Positions 63,814 through 64,000 of a DNA stretch of 64,000 nt are shown here, piece after piece. The notes under the pieces were generated by a model that searched no databases, was not told the origin of the DNA, and saw nothing but the letters and a program-made list of their open reading frames with translations. The first letter of the stretch is position 1; every line of letters begins with the position of its first letter. The position numbers were made by a program, and so were the translations under genes. The stretch comes from Felis catus (Eukaryota): the NCBI RefSeq assembly GCF_018350175.1, contig NC_058371.1:112902001-112966000 (forward strand), given 5' to 3'.

Positions 63814-63937
63814 GAGGCACCTGGCTGGCTCAGTCAGTCGAGCACCCAACTCCTGATTTCAGTTCTGGTCATGATCCCAGGGTCATGGGATGGAGCCCTG
63901 TGTCAGGCTCCATGCTGAGTGTGTAGCCTGCTTAGGA

Positions 63938-63970
<33 letters not shown>

Positions 63971-64000
63971 CCTCTGCTCCCCCCACCCCATTCGTGCTCT
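63814..64000 (+). mobile_element. Can-SINE (runs off window end)
   Basis: GAGGCACCTGGCTGGCTCAGTCAG head, CCTGCTTAGGATTC(TC)n. Confidence 0.92.

Noticed and set aside
3634-63820. Many 60-190 aa ORFs with MAQSVK..., GRGRERGRHR..., SLSLSL or ERERER content, or runs of X
   Set aside because: Translations of Can-SINEs, microsatellites or N gaps.
1-64000. Prokaryote-type systems (CRISPR arrays, operons, defence islands) or a novel multi-gene system
   Set aside because: The sequence is mammalian. The dispersed ~200-bp repeats are Can-SINEs with TSDs, not regularly spaced repeat-spacer arrays. Only one genuine host coding exon is visible.

Overview
This is vertebrate (carnivoran, almost certainly felid) genomic DNA, not a prokaryotic locus. 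It is AT-rich and holds about 30 tRNA-derived Can-SINEs, several with feliform SINEC_Fc1 diagnostics, plus L1, L2, MIR, MER5 and LTR relics. The only supported gene is the 3' part of ELOVL6 (fatty-acid elongase 6, + strand). Its last coding exon (49602-50026; HWYHH histidine box, C-terminus ...KMRKTTKAE*) is followed by a long, SINE-free 3'UTR with several candidate poly(A) signals out to about 55.1 kb. Everything upstream is best read as ELOVL6 intron. I could not find the penultimate coding exon in called bases; it most likely lies in the 188-nt N gap at 42227-42414. There are seven N gaps of 131-188 nt. I found no evidence for a new multi-gene biological system. The best leads are the hidden exon, a sense-oriented solo ERV LTR just upstream of it (TATA intact, poly(A) signal apparently disabled), alternative polyadenylation and miRNA seed sites in the 3'UTR, candidate enhancer motif clusters, and some unusual nested retroposon histories. 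Repeat family names and human comparisons are from memory by eye, not from database searches.
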